Assembly: GCF_037042905.1 (NCBI RefSeq)
Contig: NC_087246.1
Span: 8,868,001-8,928,000 of the forward strand
Length of the DNA stretch: 60,000 bases
Reading direction: 5' to 3'
Origin: Lytechinus pictus
Lineage: Eukaryota
Both the position numbers and the translations under genes were made by a program. The notes under the pieces were generated by a model. The model did not search any database. It saw only the letters and a program-made list of their open reading frames with translations, and was not told where the DNA came from. Shown piece by piece: positions 46,049 to 60,000 of this stretch. The stretch's first letter is position 1. Every line of letters starts with the position of its first letter.

Positions 46049-49000
46049 TTAATATGCAGATTTTCCACCTGAGCAATCGTCGCCGGAGCAAATGTCATAC
46101 ATGGAACCAAGTCAGGCAGCTATATGTGACTTTTTATGGGCCTGCATGGGAACGATTTTTGAAAGAGGCGGGAGGGGCCCGGGGGTGGAAAATAAAAATT
46201 GACAAGCAAAAAAAAGATGTTTTTCGTAGCAAAATGTAGGTGATTTAAGTCTTTTAAAAAAATTTGTATTTTAATCTTCCAACGTGCTTTTCAGGGGGTG
46301 CTGCTTATGGTGTATAACAACACCCCCAGAAAAATCACCCGGGCACCCCCGCTTTCCAGGGCTGTGGTGTGACTTATGACTAAACGCATTGGTGTCGATC
46401 ACGAAAGGGGGATATTTTCATTCATGATGATATATTTTGAATTGAAGGACAAGTCCACCAGAATATGTTGATTTAAATCAATAGAAAAAATCAAACAAGC
46501 ATAACGCTGAAAATTCATCAAAATCGGATGTAATATAATAAAGTTGCGACATTTTAAAATATCGCCTATTTGACAAAACATTGATAGGTACATCTCGATG
46601 ACGTGCAAATGAGAGAGTCGATGATGTCCCTTACTATTTATTTTGTTTTTTATTGTTTAAATTATAAAATGTTCACATTTTTACAGATTTTACAATAAAA
46701 GGACCAACTTGACTGAATCATAAATCCTTAAAACAACGGTATTTTACATGTGCAGGGAGGAATAAAACTTTGTTTCAAGGGACATAGAGGAAACATTAGA
46801 ATATTTTATATTATCATAAAATACCAAAAAATAGTGAGTGTGTGTGGCGTCATTAGTCCCCTCATTTGCATACCAAACAGGGCCCCGTAACACAAAGGTT
46901 AGCGATTAATCACTAAATGAAATGGCCTGTCAAGATCATCGTTGCATGAGCATTTTGCTCAGTAGACTGCCTAGGAACCAATTAGAATTAACTTTTAAAA
47001 TCAAGATTAATTGATAATATTTGTGTTAAGGGGCCCCGGGATGTGCGTGTAACTGTTTTGTAGAATTAAGCGAAATTTTAAAATGTCATACACTCTAAAA
47101 AATATTAGGTATAAGTGCTCCATGGGGGTAATTATGTGTCCAACCAACATTTGGCATTTCTTTTGGGCATATTTATTTATCCAGTGTGATGAAAATTTTG
47201 CCCATTCTAGTAAGTAAGTAATTGCTGCTTTTTTAAAACCTTACTGGACAATATGCTTCCCGCATTGGGTAAAATACTACGATTACATACGAGGTAATCG
47301 CTCGCCCCCTCCCCTTCCTGACACGTTATGCCATGTAGGTTTATGTACGCCACCAAAAAACCTAGCTGCCACCATGATTTCAAACTTCGGCACCCATTCC
47401 AATGAAATCCCGGATCCACCCTGGTCACTCCCCAATTATATAACGATCGACACACATGATCGTAATCGAACCAATATCTGACTATTTCGTGGGAGGAAAA
47501 TTAACCAAACTGAACGTCTGGCCGTGCATCTATGACACATATGTGGTCCCTACCAGTGAGGGTGCACCCCAAGTGCCCCTTTTCAAAACAAAAAATGCAA
47601 ATCGAATAAAAATAGCAGATCATATGTTATAGATATGATAACATTACATGCCACAGTAGAGAACATCTAATCATTTTTAGTTTTATAATATTAAGAAATA
47701 ATATTGAGAAGAAAAAATTCGAAAGTTTTAGTGATATCAGAAATTGAACATTGCTTTAAATTGTAAAACTATCGTATAGGCCCACTCACACTAGTACGAG
47801 GTTAGTATGCTATAGGCCTAAATACAGTATAAGCCAGACAGGGTGGTGTTTCATCAACACTTTCGTCCGACAAGTTGTCAGATCTGACAACTTTCCTTGT
47901 TTTTGATTGGCTGATCAAGCAATGTAACTATGGTAAATGTCGGATGAAACGGGCTTTCGATGGTCCGAAAAACCCTTTCATGAAACGCTCCCGTAATTAG
48001 TTCAGGGAGTACAATTTATAAGAAAGTATGATGATTATTTTGGGGGGTTCTATAGTGAGACTGACACAAAGATAATGGATGGATGGAAGGTGACAAAACA
48101 TAACTACAATTGATACACTGGATTTACATCTAGATACATGATATAACAATGTATATTAAGAAGATAAATAAAGGTAATCAAAACACTTCACATTATCCAT
48201 ACAGGGTACCGAATTCAACCATAACGTTTAAATTGTGTTATCCGGGACAACTCAGATGAAAATCAAAGAAGAGCTGTATACCGAGTTCCGACAAATAGTA
48301 AATGATATAATGATCAGATCGAGGGAAATAGCAGAGGGAAATAGAAACATGTCTTTACTTTTGTGTCTTTTTATAATCACTTTAAAAAATATATTAATGG
48401 CAGGTAAGGAAAAGATGTCGCAACCCCCACCCCCCCCCCCCAAAAAAAAAAAACAGAGAGAGAGATATCATGTAAAATGTGTTATGTAATGTATATCCAA
48501 GCCAACTTTCATGAAATTAAAATCGAATGACAATAAAGTGACGTATGAAACACAAGTGAAAAAAATGTGTTTTCCCAGGTTTGTAAAATCAAAACGGCGC
48601 TGTTTGTGTTGCAATGTTCCCCAGGTCATTTTTTAAGGTATAATGGTGAATAGCGAAGGTTTGATGTGACGTATGGAGACAAACATTTTCCAATCTAACT
48701 GGAGTGAACCCGCGTGTAGTTGAAAGCGAATTTGCATCAGTGCGCGGTGATCCCTGCGTCATACATGTTACGTAACATAATTATGTAGGGTTTTGTATTA
48801 CATCATGGAAAGCAGTGGTGACGTTGAGAAGTCATTGAATTCGTAAGCGTGAAAGAGATGAGACAACTACTCTGGGTCGATAAAATGACCCCCTGTGACT
48901 CAGATTGTGGGATTGAATATGGACTCATACACCAACAAGGGGGATATGATCGTTCAAACCATAATCAGATTTTCATTTTCTGCATTATTTGATGCAAATC

Positions 49001-51581
49001 ATTAATATATCAGGAAAAAAATATATATTGCCGCTTTTCGCCTCAGTGTAAGAAGAAAGTAGACTTTACTCGAGTCAATGCATTTCAGAGAGATATTTTA
49101 GGGATATATTAAAGATATACAGGCCTATACATTGGGTACAACAATATTTTTCTAAATTTTAGAAAATTCTATAAAGGCATGCAGCTGCATGAGAGATAAT
49201 GTGCTCTTCTTTTTTCTCTCTCACTCTCTCTCTCTCTTTACCTTATTTTCTGCTGCTATGCCGAATTTCGACGGGGGGGTGTCACAAGCGGTTTAAAAAT
49301 TCCAACTAATTCAATGTGAAATATGATAGAATACACGAGCCAGTTAAATCGTATAATCAAAGAATTAATATAAACTTCAGGTGATGTTTGACCCAAGTTT
49401 AATTAATGGAAACATAATCTCACCTTTCATCGACTTTCACATCTTCAAAATCTGATTGAATGGTATACATTATATAAATACAAATATCGTGTTATTGTTT
49501 TTTTGTCTTCCATGCTTACAGGCTAATAAACTTTATTATAATAGGCCTGTGTCTAAGGGTTTGGTTCATGTTAAAGGAGTTTGCAAGTTTAGGCCTAAAT
49601 GTAGGGTTATACAAATTCCCATTAACAAAAAAGACATCCATCATTCATATATTCACCATGCAACCAAGCACGGCGATTTAGTAAGCGTCCCCCCAAAAAA
49701 ATGAATAAACAAATAAATAAACAAATAAATAAACAATAACAATATAAAATAGATGAATGAATGAATAAATTAGTAAATAAATAAATAAACAAACAAATAC
49801 ATAAATAAATAAATATATAAATGAATAAATAAAGGAGGGGTGCAAGACGATTCTCTCCCATATAGGCTGCTATACAAAATGCAAAATTCGAGGGGGATTA
49901 TCCTCGTTCGTCCCACCCCTCCCCCCAACTTGATCATCGCCCATGTTTACTTAGTACCCCCCCCCCTCTGCTCAGAGGAAAATGATAGTTTAGTAAAAAT
50001 TAAACAAAATAAAGGGAACGAGAGAGAGAGTGAAATAGAAGGTATTCAATAAAATTCAGGCACTAGTTGACATGATTAAGATGATACCATCAACGTCAGG
50101 TCTGACGAGGGTTTGCGTAATGCAAGCAATGAGGTGGTAAACATTGAATTTACAGATTATTTATATACGTCATAGTTCATGTTTGGTTTTTTTAATTGTT
50201 GTCGTGCGAAGAGTTGGTCTTAAAAATTTGGTACCCAGGTTCCAAACCATGTTGGTATGATCTCATTTTAATATGGTATTTAAACAGTGTGTGAAAAAAA
50301 ATCAAAGCCTCCAAATGACACATTTCATAATCCAAGGCAAAGTTCAACCCCAACACCAGGTTGATAATAGTAACGATAAAAATGATGATGATAACAATAA
50401 TATTATTATCATCAATCATCATCATTATTATTATTATTATTATTATTACTATTATTACTATTATTAAAGAAATTATATATCAGAGGCATACTGTTATTAT
50501 CATCGCGTTTCCAGTGCTTAGTGCATTTAAGGAATTAATCGAACCAAAGGAAAACAATCACACAGCATTAAAAAATTCTTCAAAATTTGGATTCGATTCG
50601 ATTTGATTTCTGCATTCACATCAGAAATGAGTATACAGCATGACATAATGACAAATAAAGATTTGTTGCATTATTAATCATTTCATAAAACGGTAATATA
50701 CACATCCTAGTCGGAATATGGAAATGCCACGCGCGCACACACACCCTCACCCCCCTCCCCACACACACACCCACCAACCCACACACCCATACTGTTTCTC
50801 GTGTATATCCTTTAAATAAAGAGGGTTACCATCTCATTTATTGAAAATTGAGGTTTTACGTTCCATAACAAATAAAACCAAGTTTTATATTATTGAAAGA
50901 AAAAATGATTTCATTTCATTTAATAAAATGCAAAAGAATGGCTAGTATATACTTCATCTGAAAGGCCATATGCATATATAATTATTACTGTTTAGTGAAA
51001 AAATAATTGAGACGTAAAAATTCCTTTTTTCATTTAGTTTTATACACGTTTTTTTTTCGCTAATTTTATTCAAAATAGGCAGTTATAATAGGATTGGTTT
51101 GACCCTTAAAAATAAAACCCTTTTTGTGTATTCTTTTTGATAATTCTTGATTCTTGCTTTTACTTTAATTTACACTAGGTATATGAGTTGTATCAACGCT
51201 TGCATGAGCTTTTTGATTTTCTTTCATCTAAGGCCTTATTCTCTTCATTTCATTTTTTAATTCTGTAAGATTTTGTCGTTTCTGATATCACAATGTAATA
51301 ATAAAATGAGATGATGATTATTTTATGATTTTTACTTGGGCGGCCATATTCTTCTTTCAATGAGAGTGCAATAAAAATCCGAAATACAACAGCAAATAAT
51401 AAAATTGAAAATACGAGTGTAATTTGTTTAAGGCCTACTTTCTGAGGGGAAATATGCACCCCAAAATTGGTTGATAAAAATGAAGCTGAGGAACAAACAA
51501 TTTTATAGTTCTTATTAGTACGTCATACCCTTTTACGTAGATTAAAATTCCTTTAAAAATACGTCTGGAATCCGTCTTTAA

Positions 51582-52149
51582 AGGACAAGTCTACCCCGAC
51601 ATAAAGTTAATTTGAATAAAAAGATATAAATCTAACAAGCATAACACTGAAAATTTCATCAAATTCGGTTGTAAAATAAAAGAGTTGTAAATATGACACT
51701 TTTAATTTTCGTTTAATTTCACAAAACAGTAATTTCATAAGCACATCTCGGTCGGTATGCAAATGAAGAACTATGACATCCGTCACTCACTATTTCTTTT
51801 GTATTTTATTATATGAAAAATTCATATTTTCTCCTCATTGCCTTGTGAAACAAACTTTTATTTCTCCCTGAACATGCGGAATTACCATCAGTCAAGTTGG
51901 TCCTTATTGTCAAATCTGTAAAAATTGAAATATTGTATAATTTAAACAATAAAATAATAGTGAGGGACATCATCGGTTCTCTTATTTGCATGTGACTGAA
52001 TTGTGCATATAATTTTGTGAAAAATAAGTGAAATTTTAAAATGTCATAGCTTGCTTATTTTACATCAAATTTTGATATTTTCAACACTATGCTTGTCTGA
52101 TTTTTCTCTATTGATTCAAATCAACTTTTTACTGAGGTGGGCTTGACCT
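51582..52149. mobile_element. Kolobok-like MITE; related, interrupted copies start at about 46446 and 25650
   Basis: TTAA|AGGACAAGTCTACCCC...GAGGTGGGCTTGACCT|TTAA. Confidence 0.8.
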
Positions 52150-52453
52150 TTAATGACATCCGCAATATCCACATTCCTATAAGTTATTGGAGAAGCAATA
52201 TAGAAAAACAGTTTTAACATGTCCAAGAATTTCCAGGGCACCCATTAAGAGATAAGGATTAACAAAGAGATGGCAGTCTACGTAAAAGGGAACGGATGGT
52301 CGACGTCATAATAGTTTCTTGATTGTTGAACGGTGTTTTGGGTTATAATGTACAGAAGACTCTGAGGCTGGGGGCACTGGACCATGTTTTAACAAAATAA
52401 CTTTCTGACGTCAGTGAGGGGTAAATATCGATTGAGTTGGACCAGGGAAAGGG

Positions 52454-52694
52454 TATAAATAAGAATGGATCTTGGATAGACATCAAGAAACTTTCTCAAC
52501 CCTCTGCTGGTCGGATGGGAAAACAATCTCGAAAGAATCGCACTTGAACAACTCTTTTATTTGTTTTACATTCGTTATAATTTGGTACAAGAAACTTTAA
52601 AAAACTTAGAAGCAGGACTTCAAAATTTCAGAGACGTAACAGAAGATAATAGAACTGATATCCTGAGCTCAAGAACGTAATCTGAAGCTTAAAT
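52454..52694 (+). promoter_or_regulatory. Candidate TATA box (TATAAATA, 52454) and non-coding first exon of the GH9 gene ending at a GTAAGT donor (52695)
   Basis: GGGTATAAATAAG with a TGACGTCA (CRE-like) site about 45 bp upstream. The ATG-containing exon begins right after an acceptor (TTCTCAG|ATCATG), so an upstream exon is expected. Confidence 0.5.
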
Positions 52695-52955
52695 GTAAGT
52701 AGTTTTAACATATTTCTTTTTAGAAAACATTGAGTTGTGTAATGTGATTGTCCGAATACCAGTCTGTAAGTAGATTAAACACTTTTAATACAATTTTATT
52801 CAATATAAATAACGGGCGTATGTTGGCGCTTAAATTAACTCGACGAATACAATTTCAATTGAACAGACAGCTTAAATGAAATGTTTAATACTTACCGTTT
52901 ACTATTATTAAAATGCATATTTGTTTTTATATCATTCTCCCTTTCTTCTCAGATC

Positions 52956-59855
<6,900 letters not shown>

Positions 59856-60000
59856 GTAAGAAAATATGTTTCAACTTTTATCGAATCTACTATTTATATT
59901 GTAACGGTTGTAGAGATGATTATTAGGGTGGTGTGGATTATCAACACCCTTGTCCACTTGAGAAGATGAAAACGGTTTAAACAAAATTAATATTTTGCTT

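Noticed and set aside
49620..50610. Hydrophobic or low-complexity ORFs
   Set aside because: They arise from (AAAT)n and (ATT)n simple repeats.

Overview
Eukaryotic (animal) genomic DNA: AT-rich, with spliceosomal introns. The repeat landscape and gene content resemble an echinoderm such as a sea urchin (inference). 1-15727 is a near-identical 406-bp tandem array that runs in from the left edge. Each unit carries a well-folding 72-nt tRNA-like gene on the minus strand with anticodon UCA (reads UGA), A/B boxes and a T6 terminator; 39 copies are visible. 16064-24644 is a spliced Dispatched-family sterol-sensing/RND membrane protein gene (about 985 aa if the candidate first exon is real). 27368-38177 is a 10.8-kb non-autonomous Foldback/Mutator-type element with an exact 9-bp TSD; its arms are tandem modules that re-use the element's own terminus, and it contains nested MITEs. 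38-52 kb is intergenic and rich in non-autonomous DNA transposons, including a 2.7-kb TTAA-flanked element with an internal ~235-bp repeat. From 52956 past the right edge is a secreted GH9 endoglucanase gene with three tandem CBM2-like modules and a Thr-rich linker. All coordinates and folds were read by eye; no searches were run.
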